48,443 nucleotides of DNA from Candidatus Berkelbacteria bacterium CG10_big_fil_rev_8_21_14_0_10_43_13 (GTDB taxonomy: Bacteria; Patescibacteriota; UBA1384; XYA2-FULL-43-10; 1-14-0-10-43-13): positions 1-48,443 of the forward strand of contig PEZW01000006.1 of the NCBI GenBank assembly GCA_002773985.1. The letters run 5' to 3'. A program made the position numbers and the translations under genes. The notes beneath the pieces were generated by a model. The model had not been told where the DNA came from. It searched no databases and saw only the letters and a list, made by a program, of their open reading frames with translations. Below, in pieces: positions 25,125 to 34,497 of the stretch (position 1 is the first letter of the stretch; the number at the start of each line of letters is the position of its first letter).

Positions 25125-25337
25125 TCACACTTCGTGGTCTTGAAATTTATCGAGAAAAGCCTGATTGGTTTCGATTAGACCGTCAATATTTTCCTCAACT
25201 TTCTCGAGTCGATTTTCAACTTTGTCTAGCCGACCTACAATCTTATCCAACCGACCACTAACTCTCATTTCCGATTGGTCAACAGCAAAAGTAACTATGT
25301 CTTTAATCTGTGTTAAATCTTTTTCATTTAATGGCAT
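25125..25337 (-). CDS. 70-aa coiled-coil protein
   Basis: Heptad-like repeats RLDKIVGRLDKVENRLEKVEENIDGL. Native AT-rich composition. Confidence 0.5.
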   Translation of the reverse strand: MPLNEKDLTQIKDIVTFAVDQSEMRVSGRLDKIVGRLDKVENRLEKVEENIDGLIETNQAFLDKFQDHEV

Positions 25338-25377
25338 CTTCGTCCTCTTTTCTTGTTTTCATTGTACCACCGCGTCT

Positions 25378-27531
25378 TCAAATTATGTCAAGTAAACACT
25401 CGGAGATATTTTCAATAAATCTTGATTTTTCGTTAAATTGCAATCGGCCATAAAGATTGCGCTCGCCGGCATGAATTAGATACAATCGTTCCTTGGCTCG
25501 AGTGATGCCGACATAACAAAGACGTCGCTCCTCCTCCATCTCGTTTTCATCCACTAAGGCCCGAGAATGTGGAAAGAGTCCTTCCTCTACGCCGATGACA
25601 AAAACAGCCCGGAATTCGAGTCCCTTGGCCGAATGGAGGGTCATCAGGGTGACGACACCACCGTCAGATTTAATCTGATCTGTGTCCTGTGTCAACGAAA
25701 CTTGTTGTAAAAATAATTCCAAGGCAGTCTCGCCGTCAATAAAATTGTCATCCTCGGAACCAGCGGTGTTCTTGAGAGTGGTGCCAGGGGATCCATTTAA
25801 TAAGTCATGGATTCCCGCTGTTCGACTGTCGCTCACAGTCTGAGTGCAATCGAAGACCTCCGCGGGAATGACAGACTGCATTTGAGCCTCAACCTGTGCC
25901 GCCACAGTTGAAAGTTCAAGCACGTTTTCCCATCTTCCCTCGCCCTCAGCCGTGCCATCGAGCAAATATTTCTTGTAACCGGATTTTTCAGCAATATTTA
26001 AGATCAATTGGTCTAAAGGCAGAGTTAAAGATGTTTTATGAAAATCGAAAAGCAACTCGTAAAACTGTTCCACTTTCGGTGAAAAATTGTTCAATTGTTC
26101 CATTGTTCCATTGCTAAATAAACTAAAATAGTTCGGCAATTCGCGTAATTTATCGATTGTTTTCTTACCTATTCCTCGCGGAACTGCGCTTACCGCTCGT
26201 TCAAATGATTCAAAATCAGCCGGATTATAAATCAGTCGCAAGAAAGCAATCATATTTTTAATCTCAGCTCGTTCATAGAACCGAAAACCGCCGACTATTT
26301 TGTAGGGAATCTTGAAACGCAAAAAGGTTTCCTCGATCGCTCGCGACTGGGCATTGGTTCGGTAGAGGACAGCAATATCACTATAATTACTGTTCGAAGC
26401 CGTAGGCTGAGAACTTCTCGCTCCACTCGAAGAATAATGACGCGCCAGCGATTTAATTTCCATCGCCACAAATTCGGCCTCATCCTTCTCGTTCAGTGCT
26501 TGATAAACCGTTATCGGCATACCCTCAGCCTTTTCTGTCCATAGTTTCTTATCGGTCTTGTTTTTGTTAAATTTGATGACATCGTTGGCCGCTGTCAAAA
26601 TCGTTTTACTTGAACGATAATTCTGTTCCAGCTTGATGACAACAGCGTTTTTGTAATCTTTCTCAAAGTTCAAGATATTGCGAAAATTGGCTCCTCGCCA
26701 ACTGTAGATACTTTGGTAATCATCACCAACAACCATAATATTTTTGTATTTCTTTGCTAATAACTTTGCCCAAATATACTGTGCCTGATTGGTGTCCTGA
26801 TACTCGTCAATCAAGATGTATTTAAATAATTTCTGGTATTTTTCCAAAATTTCCGGATTATTTTGAAAAAGAAAAACACAATTCATAATCAAATCGTCAA
26901 AATCCATCGTGTTTGTTTGACGTAAATATTTTTCGTAACGATCATAAACTCTGGCTGTGACTTTTTCAAAGGGCGAATTGACATATTTTTTGTACTCGGC
27001 AGAATCAATCAGCTCGTTTTTGGCGCCGGAAATGAAGCATTGAATTGAGCTTGGGTTAAAATTTTTCGGATTGATCTCCAAATCGCGCATTATGCGTTTA
27101 ATTATTGAAATCTGGTCATTGCTATCAGCAATCGTAAAATTGCGATTGTAATTGATAGAATCAGCTTCTCTTCTCAAGATCCTGACACAAACAGAGTGAA
27201 ATGTCCCGGCCCAAGGCAGACGCGTAGCGCCGGAATCAGGAATAAGGAATGAGGAATTAGGGTTTTCGCCCCCACCTTTATTCTTAATTCTTAATTCTTT
27301 ATTCAATAACTGCGAGACTCGAGCAGTTATTTCCCCAGCTGCTTTGTTCGTAAAAGTCACCGCCAAAATATTATAGGGCGAAACTTTTTTCTCTCGAATC
27401 AAATAAGCTATTCTGTGCGTCAGTGCCTTCGTCTTGCCGCTACCAGCGCCAGCCAGAACCAGCAGTGAACCTTCAGTGGTTAAGACTGCCTTTTGCTGTT
27501 CCGAATTTAGATTTTTTAACAACTCGTTCAC
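25378..27531 (-). CDS. pcrA: ATP-dependent DNA helicase, UvrD/PcrA family
   Basis: AGAGSGKT, DEYQDTN, TLHSAKGLEF and YVGITRA motifs. GTG start. Carries repeat-derived insertions. Confidence 0.93.
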   Translation of the reverse strand: MNELLKNLNSEQQKAVLTTEGSLLVLAGAGSGKTKALTHRIAYLIREKKVSPYNILAVTFTNKAAGEITARVSQLLNKELRIKNKGGGENPNSSFLIPDSGATRLPWAGTFHSVCVRILRREADSINYNRNFTIADSNDQISIIKRIMRDLEINPKNFNPSSIQCFISGAKNELIDSAEYKKYVNSPFEKVTARVYDRYEKYLRQTNTMDFDDLIMNCVFLFQNNPEILEKYQKLFKYILIDEYQDTNQAQYIWAKLLAKKYKNIMVVGDDYQSIYSWRGANFRNILNFEKDYKNAVVIKLEQNYRSSKTILTAANDVIKFNKNKTDKKLWTEKAEGMPITVYQALNEKDEAEFVAMEIKSLARHYSSSGARSSQPTASNSNYSDIAVLYRTNAQSRAIEETFLRFKIPYKIVGGFRFYERAEIKNMIAFLRLIYNPADFESFERAVSAVPRGIGKKTIDKLRELPNYFSLFSNGTMEQLNNFSPKVEQFYELLFDFHKTSLTLPLDQLILNIAEKSGYKKYLLDGTAEGEGRWENVLELSTVAAQVEAQMQSVIPAEVFDCTQTVSDSRTAGIHDLLNGSPGTTLKNTAGSEDDNFIDGETALELFLQQVSLTQDTDQIKSDGGVVTLMTLHSAKGLEFRAVFVIGVEEGLFPHSRALVDENEMEEERRLCYVGITRAKERLYLIHAGERNLYGRLQFNEKSRFIENISECLLDII
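25747..25872. repeat. Family-1 palindromes inside pcrA (one with an extra internal segment)
   Basis: GTCATCCTCGGAACC...CCAGGGGATCC and GGATTCCCGC-[~40 nt]-GCGGGAATGAC. Translated as SVIPAEVFDCTQTVSDSRTAGIHDLLNGSPGTTLKNTAGSEDD. Confidence 0.85.
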
Positions 27532-27653
27532 TTTATGAACTTTCTAACTTTATGAACTTTCTACTCACTGAGTATAACAATTCATCCGAACAAATGCCAA
27601 ACATACAATCCTTCGTCTGGACTCTGAACAGAATAATTTGTTAATATCTTCAT

Positions 27654-28361
27654 ATGAATAAAAAAGTTTTAGTTTCCTTGACTTCAACAGACAATCCCGA
27701 TTGGGATAAGAATATTGCTGATTTGGTAAAATTTGACATTGCCGAATTTGCTCTTTTTTTGACGATGCTCCACAACGAGAAAGAGCGTAAGCAGATTTAC
27801 AAGAAAATTAAAGCGGCTGTACCTGAAGTCAAGATCCCCTTTTGTCATATTCACCAAAATATCTCACCGGACGAGCTCAATTATTTGATTTCGGATTTTG
27901 GTACAGAACTTTTCAATCTCCACACGACGCGTGAATTTCCCCTCGTTTACGGCTACAATCAATTTCGTGACAGAATTTTAATTGAAAACAGTGGTCCGGC
28001 GATTCAAGACGGATTGAAAGAATCTGACATCGAGGGATTTGCTGGTGTCTGTCTTGATGTCTCACACTTAGAAAAAAGCCACCTTAAGGATTTTCCTGGC
28101 TATGATATTACAATTGCAACTCTGCAAAAATATCCTGTACTCGCCAACCATATTAGCGCCATTGTCAAGAAACCATTATTTTATTCCGGACGCAACCACG
28201 ATCTCGCTGCCCACAAATTTACCAAGCTATCACAATTCGATTATCTGAAAAATTATCCGACTAAATATTTTGGTCGGTTCATAGCACTAGAAATTATAAA
28301 TTCGATCTCCGAACAGCTCGAAGCCAAGACATATATTGAGAAAATTATCAGCTCTAAATAA
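27654..28361 (+). CDS. Hypothetical protein (possibly TIM-barrel-like), function unknown
   Basis: 235-aa ORF of native composition, divergent from pcrA. No motif I can name with confidence. Confidence 0.55.
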   Translation: MNKKVLVSLTSTDNPDWDKNIADLVKFDIAEFALFLTMLHNEKERKQIYKKIKAAVPEVKIPFCHIHQNISPDELNYLISDFGTELFNLHTTREFPLVYGYNQFRDRILIENSGPAIQDGLKESDIEGFAGVCLDVSHLEKSHLKDFPGYDITIATLQKYPVLANHISAIVKKPLFYSGRNHDLAAHKFTKLSQFDYLKNYPTKYFGRFIALEIINSISEQLEAKTYIEKIISSK

Positions 28362-28367
28362 ACAGAT

Positions 28368-28408
28368 GTGACCGCCTTACTTCCCCTTGCGAGTTTTCAG
28401 GCGGTCAC
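28368..28408. terminator. Hairpin between convergent genes, overlapping the island F stop
   Basis: GTGACCGCC-[23 nt]-GGCGGTCAC. Confidence 0.4.
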
Positions 28409-28951
28409 CGATTTGTCAGATACCGAGAACGTCAGTCTCGGCGCGTTTTCGCTGATCACACGGGTGCCGGCTTCCCACGGCACGATATCGTAATTATCGC
28501 GCTCCAAGGCACCAACGTCCCATTCTCTGACACGATTATTCCAGCGGTAGAAGATGATTCTCGCCTCGCCCTCGAGATTTCTCACGAAGGAGACGTTCAT
28601 CTTGCCATCCGCCAGCTCAGGCAGCGCCATTCCCCGCTGCACAGCGACGATGACCCGCCAGACCAAGCTCAGGTCGACTTCAAGTGCCGTTGCTCCGCCG
28701 CATGACTGGATAACTTCGTCAGTCCCCATCGGCCACCTCAAAGTCCAAACCCAGGCCGCACGACCCGGCACCACTACATCCGGAGCGTCGATATTGTCTG
28801 GTAGAAAATCCCACACAAATCGATCATTCCGCCAAATTCCAATGCCGCAGGTGTTACTGGCCATGTCTGGATTGAAGAAGTTTGAGTCCGAATAGTCACG
28901 AACCGTCGGAACCCAAAAACAGGTTCCTATGCTGCCAAGTTTTTCCGACAT
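28397..28951 (-). CDS. GC-rich orphan Trp-rich protein (island F)
   Basis: ATG 28951 is 9 nt after AGGAGG. 184 aa with many Trp (FWVP, IWRN, VWDF, AAWVWTLRWP, YRWNN, REWD, VPWE). The ORF-track start 28996 lacks an SD. Confidence 0.5.
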   Translation of the reverse strand: MSEKLGSIGTCFWVPTVRDYSDSNFFNPDMASNTCGIGIWRNDRFVWDFLPDNIDAPDVVVPGRAAWVWTLRWPMGTDEVIQSCGGATALEVDLSLVWRVIVAVQRGMALPELADGKMNVSFVRNLEGEARIIFYRWNNRVREWDVGALERDNYDIVPWEAGTRVISENAPRLTFSVSDKSVTA

Positions 28952-29083
28952 GGCTAGCTTCCTCCTGCGTTTAGAGTTCGCCTCTCGATTCCCCAATCGA
29001 TGACTGGGTATGCCCTGAGGGCTTAGCCGACTACCTCTCTAATATAAAAAAGAGCCAAGCAGCTAATCCCTCATGGCAGTCTA

Positions 29084-29112
29084 TTTCTAACACAAATCGT
29101 TACGATTAACAA
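29084..29112 (-). promoter_or_regulatory. Candidate promoter TTGTTA-17-TAGAAA for island F
   Basis: Minus strand hexamers at 29112-29107 and 29089-29084. Implies a ~125-nt GC-rich leader. Confidence 0.35.
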
Positions 29113-29124
29113 GCCGCTAAAACC

Positions 29125-29150
29125 AAAAAATCCCCTATTGGGGATTTTTT
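29125..29150. terminator. Bidirectional terminator-like hairpin
   Basis: AAAAAATCCCC-TATT-GGGGATTTTTT. Confidence 0.6.
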
Positions 29151-29875
29151 GGGGCGGGCAGAAATGATTTGCAGACTGATCGGAAATCTATAATTTAATA
29201 ATATTCCGGCTGCATCAACTTCTGCCCATTGTTAAGGAGCGTTGACTTCTATCTCCTCCAAGGAAATAATTCCCTTAAAAGAAATCGTCGCCGTTCCTTA
29301 CTTTGTTTCTCACCTTTTTCTTTTCTTTTGAGGTGATTTGTCCTGATCCAAAGATAGATGTTTTTGCTTTTCGGGCATTTGATATTTAATTCAAGCCCGG
29401 CGTATCATCTTTCTTCAGTCTTTTGTTTGGGTTTATTTCTCCTTAATCAATTTTCATTTTTCAAAGAGAATTCCCTCACTTTTATTCTTGCCTCAATACG
29501 ATTTTTTCGTAGTTTCGTATTTTTTCGTATTTCGCGGTTTTTTAGCAAGAATGAGCTGGGCGGAACAAACCGCATATTTTAAGGATTTGTTCCGTTGTTG
29601 AAAGGTAGGGGCGGACCTTTCAAAACCCCATCTCACACTCGCTAAACCTTATTGATCGAAATTTGTAAGATTTGTAATCAATTTGTAGTTTTGTAATCCA
29701 TTTTGTTAAGGTACCATTTCCTTTTTTGTTTTTGGAAATTGGATTATTGTATCAAACTAGATCACGCCTTGTCAAGGACTTTGACCACTTTATCATGGTA
29801 TAGTGCTATTTTTGTTAGAACCAGACTATCTAATTATATAATATAATAACATTAGAACACCGGCTTTATAACAAA

Positions 29876-30457
29876 TTATTTATGAAAAATCATCGTGTTT
29901 TTTAGCACATTGACTATCTCCTGTTCGACAAACTCTTTGGTGATCTGAGAAGGTTCGAAATCACCGTGTGATCCGATGACTCCGCCCTGATTTGGCATAA
30001 AGGTTGAAACCGTAATTCCTATCTTGCGCGCATACTGATTTGACACAAATGAGATATAAGGCGTCGATTCTGGCTTATAAAAAGACCTGTCGACAGTTGC
30101 CGGGTAGATATTGAAGGTGATACTGGCAGGTCGACAATGTGCCGTCGCGTCGACAGATTCCTCGTCTTGAGAAACGTGATAGTCATGACCATAGGCGTTT
30201 AGTTGGTTTCCAACATCGACAAGCACTGGCCAAATTACATCTTTCTCAAGCCTAGTAAATTCAACCACAAATGCATTTTGGGCAGTTTTTTCTGCCTCTT
30301 TCTTTGTCTTAAGTCCGTTTAAGTCCTGACTATAGCGTGTCATCAAACTGTCAAGCTCTGTCTTATTGTTTTCTTGCACATAGCTCCTTGTTAGATTTGA
30401 GGAAATTATACCACATTTAGCAATTAGCCTATTAGTAATTAGCAAATAACTGCTCAT
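29876..30457 (-). CDS. Hypothetical protein
   Basis: 193-aa ORF of native composition. No motif recognised. Confidence 0.5.
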   Translation of the reverse strand: MSSYLLITNRLIAKCGIISSNLTRSYVQENNKTELDSLMTRYSQDLNGLKTKKEAEKTAQNAFVVEFTRLEKDVIWPVLVDVGNQLNAYGHDYHVSQDEESVDATAHCRPASITFNIYPATVDRSFYKPESTPYISFVSNQYARKIGITVSTFMPNQGGVIGSHGDFEPSQITKEFVEQEIVNVLKNTMIFHK

Positions 30458-30469
30458 TCATCCTCTTTG

Positions 30470-30570
30470 TCATCCTCGGGTTCAGCGGTGTGACTTGAGA
30501 GTGAAGCCCGGGGATCTGGGACATTTAGTTACAATTGTGCTGCCTGGATTCCCGCCTACGCGGGAATGAC
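30470..30570. repeat. Family-1 palindromic repeat unit (intergenic)
   Basis: GTCATCCTCGGGTTCAGCGG...AGCCCGGGGATC plus GGATTCCCGCCTACGCGGGAATGAC. The first half is the reverse complement of 47480-47528. Confidence 0.85.
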
Positions 30571-30647
30571 AGTAGTTACATTAGCGAATCAGCAACTAGC
30601 AACGAACCACTAACCTACCAACTACTAACTACTAGCTAACTAATGGA

Positions 30648-32030
30648 CTATTCCTCCGATCCCTCCTGTATTCTCCTTCGGTCGATGTTGCCAAAACGCA
30701 TCTGGGCCGGATTGAAGAAAAGCTCGATATTGCCGATCGGACCATTGCGGTGTTTGCGGATGAGAACCTCGGTGATCCCTTTGCGTTCCGTTTCAGGATG
30801 ATAATACTCGTCACGATAAAGAAACATCACCACATCGGCATCCTGCTCGATAGAGCCAGATTCACGCAGGTCTGAAAGTTGCGGTCTCTTGTCATCTCGA
30901 TGCTCGACAGCACGTGATAACTGAGACAGAGCGATGATCGGAACGTTCAGTTCACGAGCCAAACCCTTCAGACCACGAGAAATTTCCGAGATTTCCTGGA
31001 CTCGATTACCCTCGCTGTTTCGCGATGTTCCCGACATCAGCTGGAGATAGTCGATGATGACCAGACCGAGATTTTGCTCCATCTGGAGACGACGCGCCTT
31101 TGTCCTTATATCCATAATGTTGCCGCTAGGAGAATCGTCGATGTAGATTGGCGCTTCTGACAGCACACCCATCGCGTATCCGATCTTCGGAAAATCATCA
31201 TCAGAAAGATTACCGGTTCGCAATTTCCACGAGTCGACACCGGCTTGTGATGACAAAAGACGGTCAACAATCTGGTCTTTGCTCATCTCGAGAGAAAACA
31301 CTGCCACAGGAATTTTATCCTCGATCGCTACGTGTTCCGCTATATTTAGAGCGACTGAGGTTTTACCCATTGACGGGCGGGCGGCTAGGATAATTAGATC
31401 TGATTTCTGAAAACCGGCGGTTAAATTGTCCAAATCTTTGTATCCGCTTGATATGCCACGCAAAGCGCCATTGTCCTTGTCTTTGTGAATCTGGTCAATT
31501 CTCTCAAAAGCGTCGGTCAAAACATCCTTGATCGCAATGAATTTGTTTTTTTGAGAACTCTCTGCGATGGAAAAAAGCGATTGTTCAGCTTTGTCTAAAA
31601 CATCGGAAATGTTCTGGTCCTCCTCGTAGCCAAGTTCGGTGATATTGGCGCCGGCAGAGACCAGCCGACGCAGAATAGATTTATCACGAACGATAGCCGC
31701 ATAGAAAACAATATTAGCCGAGGAGGGCGTGCCGTTGACGATTTCCGCCAAATAACCGGCACTGCCGACACTTTTCATCAGATCAGTACTCTCCAAAATT
31801 TCCGACAAAGTAACAATGTCGATTGGCATTCGTTTTTCAAAAAGATCAATCATCGCCTTATAAATAAGGCCGTTGCGACTATCGTAAAAATCATCCGAAT
31901 CAAGAATATCAGCAATTTTAATAATCGCATCCTTGTCCACCAAAATAGAGCCAAGGATACTTCTCTCGGCTTCGATGTTTTGCGGTGGCATGCGCAGATT
32001 GCTTGGGTTTTTATCTTTTTTCGTAACCAT
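30648..32030 (-). CDS. dnaB: Replicative DNA helicase
   Basis: PPQNIEAERSILGSIL N-terminus, ARPSMGKTS Walker A, IIDYLQLM, SQLSRAVE. Confidence 0.95.
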   Translation of the reverse strand: MVTKKDKNPSNLRMPPQNIEAERSILGSILVDKDAIIKIADILDSDDFYDSRNGLIYKAMIDLFEKRMPIDIVTLSEILESTDLMKSVGSAGYLAEIVNGTPSSANIVFYAAIVRDKSILRRLVSAGANITELGYEEDQNISDVLDKAEQSLFSIAESSQKNKFIAIKDVLTDAFERIDQIHKDKDNGALRGISSGYKDLDNLTAGFQKSDLIILAARPSMGKTSVALNIAEHVAIEDKIPVAVFSLEMSKDQIVDRLLSSQAGVDSWKLRTGNLSDDDFPKIGYAMGVLSEAPIYIDDSPSGNIMDIRTKARRLQMEQNLGLVIIDYLQLMSGTSRNSEGNRVQEISEISRGLKGLARELNVPIIALSQLSRAVEHRDDKRPQLSDLRESGSIEQDADVVMFLYRDEYYHPETERKGITEVLIRKHRNGPIGNIELFFNPAQMRFGNIDRRRIQEGSEE

Positions 32031-32074
32031 TATAGGACTTATAGGACATATATGACCTATAAGTCCTATAAGGG

Positions 32075-33778
32075 CTACTCTATCTCAAAAACTTCGGCGG
32101 CAATCTTATTCATGTCCTCTTTTTTTTCAGCTTGTATCGGCTTCGATTTACCATCATGAATTTTGCAGACAACGCGACAATTTTTGCCGATGACATTTGT
32201 AATAATCTTCGAGAGTATTTGCGCATGCTTAGACTCAGAAATTCTCTCCTTGTGAAATTTAAATTTTACCCCGATCGTCAATGTGTCGTCGGTCAGGTTA
32301 TCCGGCTTAGCATCACGCAGTAGCGCTGCCAAAGTCGCATTTTCTTTCTTTGTCTCCGAAATTATCTCCTGCCAGATGTCCTTCGTCATCTCCATCACCG
32401 GGACGGGACAGAGAATCTCAGGAGTATCAACTTCTTGATCAGATTTTCTGGTAGCCGCCTCGTTTTCTCCTTCATTTTTGTCATCCCGGACTGCGGCTCG
32501 AGATCCGGGATCCAGAGCCTGTCCCGATCTTGCCGAAGGAAAGTTTGGTTGCGATTGTGCCGCCTGGATTCCCGCCTTCGCGGGAATGACAGCTGCAATA
32601 TTTTGGTCTTGTTTAAGGTCTTGGATTTCAGATTTCAAATTTTTCTCAGCACTGAGTACTGAATCCTGAGTACTGAATCCTGAGTACTGTGTACTTTTGA
32701 CCACCGACAATTCCAGCGGCAATACCGGAATTGAAACCTCTTTGAAGAGCTTGCCATTTTCGATAAAAATCTGAAGCAAAAATAGAGCACGATCTTCGTC
32801 AGCCTGCCCAGCCAATTCAGTCAATCTTTTGATCTCTTCCTTGGTTCCGTCCAGTTGGATCGTCTTGGCAACTTTCAGGAGTACAACTTGGCGCAGTGTC
32901 GTGATGACAGCTCGGTTAAATTCGGCCAAATCATAACCTTGATTGTGAAGCTCTTGGGCGATTTTTAATCCCTCCTCCGGGATGTTATTAAAAATCGCCC
33001 CGATGAACTTCTCCACTTCGGCGTTTTCGGCCAAACCCAATATCTGTCTCGTTTCTGAAATCGTAATTTTTCCATTTGCACCGGCTGCGACCTGCTCGAG
33101 TAAACCCAGGGCATCTCGATGAGCACCCGATGCAGAGACAGCAATCAGGTCGAGTGAATCATCGTCTATCTCAATCTTTTCTGTCTTGGCGACTCTTTTC
33201 AGATTTTCCACCAGCTCTTCTCTGCCAGCTCGCTTGAAATCAAACCTCTGCGCTCGCGACAGGATGGTCGCCGGAATTTTGTGAATTTCCGTCGTCGCTA
33301 ATATAAAAACAACGTGCTCAGGCGGCTCCTCAAGCGTTTTCAACAAGGCGTTGAATGCGCTCTTCGAGAGCATATGAACTTCATCGATGATATATACTTT
33401 CTTTTTCAATTTCGTCGGCATCAGACGGGCTTTTTCGATCAAGTCACGAATGTCGTCGACACCGGTATGTGAAGCGGCATCGATTTCGATGACGTCAATC
33501 GCCCGACCGTCGTTGATGTCAACACAAGCTGTGCATTTATTGCATGGCTCCCCTGTCGTCGACTTGTTGTCTTTCTTGGCCGCTAAAATCTCCTCACAAT
33601 TTATCGCCTTAGCCAACAATCTTGCCGTTGATGTTTTGCCGATCCCACGCGGACCAGTCAGGAGATAAGCGTGAACAAGTTTATCACTTTTGACGCTCTC
33701 CAAAAGCGTCTGGACGACATGCCCTTGCCCAATCATTTCAGAAAAATTTTTTGATCTGTATTTTTGATAAAAAGCCAT
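32075..33778 (-). CDS. dnaX: DNA polymerase III subunit gamma/tau
   Basis: GPRGIGKTS, zinc module CNKCTAC, DEVHMLS, SRAQRF. ATG 33778 (MAFYQKYR) is the likelier start; the ORF-track start is 33829. Confidence 0.92.
   Translation of the reverse strand: MAFYQKYRSKNFSEMIGQGHVVQTLLESVKSDKLVHAYLLTGPRGIGKTSTARLLAKAINCEEILAAKKDNKSTTGEPCNKCTACVDINDGRAIDVIEIDAASHTGVDDIRDLIEKARLMPTKLKKKVYIIDEVHMLSKSAFNALLKTLEEPPEHVVFILATTEIHKIPATILSRAQRFDFKRAGREELVENLKRVAKTEKIEIDDDSLDLIAVSASGAHRDALGLLEQVAAGANGKITISETRQILGLAENAEVEKFIGAIFNNIPEEGLKIAQELHNQGYDLAEFNRAVITTLRQVVLLKVAKTIQLDGTKEEIKRLTELAGQADEDRALFLLQIFIENGKLFKEVSIPVLPLELSVVKSTQYSGFSTQDSVLSAEKNLKSEIQDLKQDQNIAAVIPAKAGIQAAQSQPNFPSARSGQALDPGSRAAVRDDKNEGENEAATRKSDQEVDTPEILCPVPVMEMTKDIWQEIISETKKENATLAALLRDAKPDNLTDDTLTIGVKFKFHKERISESKHAQILSKIITNVIGKNCRVVCKIHDGKSKPIQAEKKEDMNKIAAEVFEIE
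32480..32590. repeat. Family-1 palindromes inside dnaX
   Basis: GTCATCCCGGACTGCGGCTCGAGATCCGGGATCC ... GGATTCCCGCCTTCGCGGGAATGAC. Translated as VIPAKAGIQAAQSQPNFPSARSGQALDPGSRAAVRDDK. Confidence 0.9.
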
Positions 33779-33894
33779 ATGATTAAACAGTGAATAATTA
33801 AACACCAAGAAACAAGTTACAAGATACAAACAATATTCAAACTACAAAGTTTCAATTTTCAAATATTTGATATTTTAGGACTTACGCGGTTCCT

Positions 33895-33980
33895 GTCATT
33901 CCTGACTGTGGCTAGAGAGCAGGGATCTTACTATATAATAGCTCAAGATCCCGCATCTCAAGTTTACAGTGCGGGATGAC
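33895..33980. repeat. Family-1-like double hairpin at the centre of a ~300-bp palindromic composite
   Basis: GTCATTCCTGACTG...CAGGGATC and GATCCCGCATC...GTGCGGGATGAC. Flanked by inverted word tracts at 33805-33890 and 34005-34090. Confidence 0.75.
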
Positions 33981-34370
33981 AAATATGGGAATGATTCAAA
34001 CGAGCAAGTCCTAGAATTTTGAATTTTGGATATTGGATATTGAAACTTATTTGTTTCTTGCTTCTTGTATCTTGTTTCTTGTGTCTTCCATTGCTTTCTC
34101 ATTATAGGCTGTATCGGCCGCCAAAAAAAATACCTCTACGCAAGGTGTTAAAATCCCCAGTCCTATTTTAGAAATTAAAAATTAGAAATTAGAAATTGTC
34201 CCGTTTTCCCCATTCCTTCCACAGGGTTATGAACAAGCCAGTCAGCCGGTAAGCTTATCAGCTTATCAGCTTTTAAGCTTACAAACTGACTAACTGACTA
34301 ACTGACTGGCTGACTGGCTGATAGGCTGACTAGCTTGCTCGCTTAAATCTCCGCTTTTTCCTCGTCTATA

Positions 34371-34399
34371 TTGCTACTTTTTCCAAATAAATATACAAT
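34371..34399 (+). promoter_or_regulatory. Promoter TTGCTA-17-TACAAT
   Basis: Hexamers at 34371-34376 and 34394-34399. Confidence 0.5.
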
Positions 34400-34412
34400 G
34401 AACGGAGTGAAT

Positions 34413-34477
34413 CTTGTTGAATTTTGAGGGTTTGCAAGCGCATGTGACTCTCGAGAGCGCCCTCAAAATTCAACAAG
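34413..34477 (+). promoter_or_regulatory. 18-bp perfect stem-loop in the 5' leader of the HU-GspE gene
   Basis: CTTGTTGAATTTTGAGGG (34413-34430) pairs with CCCTCAAAATTCAACAAG (34460-34477). Ends 20 nt before ATG 34498. Confidence 0.6.
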
Positions 34478-34497
34478 AGAACATAAGGGCAACAAAG

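Noticed and set aside
29156-29240. GGGGCGGGCAG... considered as a tmRNA or other known ncRNA 5' end
   Set aside because: I could not recognise a tRNA-like acceptor/T-arm partner, a tag reading frame or a CCA-proximal structure. It needs a covariance-model scan, so it is not called.
32031-34413. Replication origin near dnaB/dnaX
   Set aside because: I could not find a cluster of TTATCCACA-like DnaA boxes (only a weak CTTCCACA at ~34218). No dnaA or dnaN gene is present. The palindromes are explained by repeat elements.
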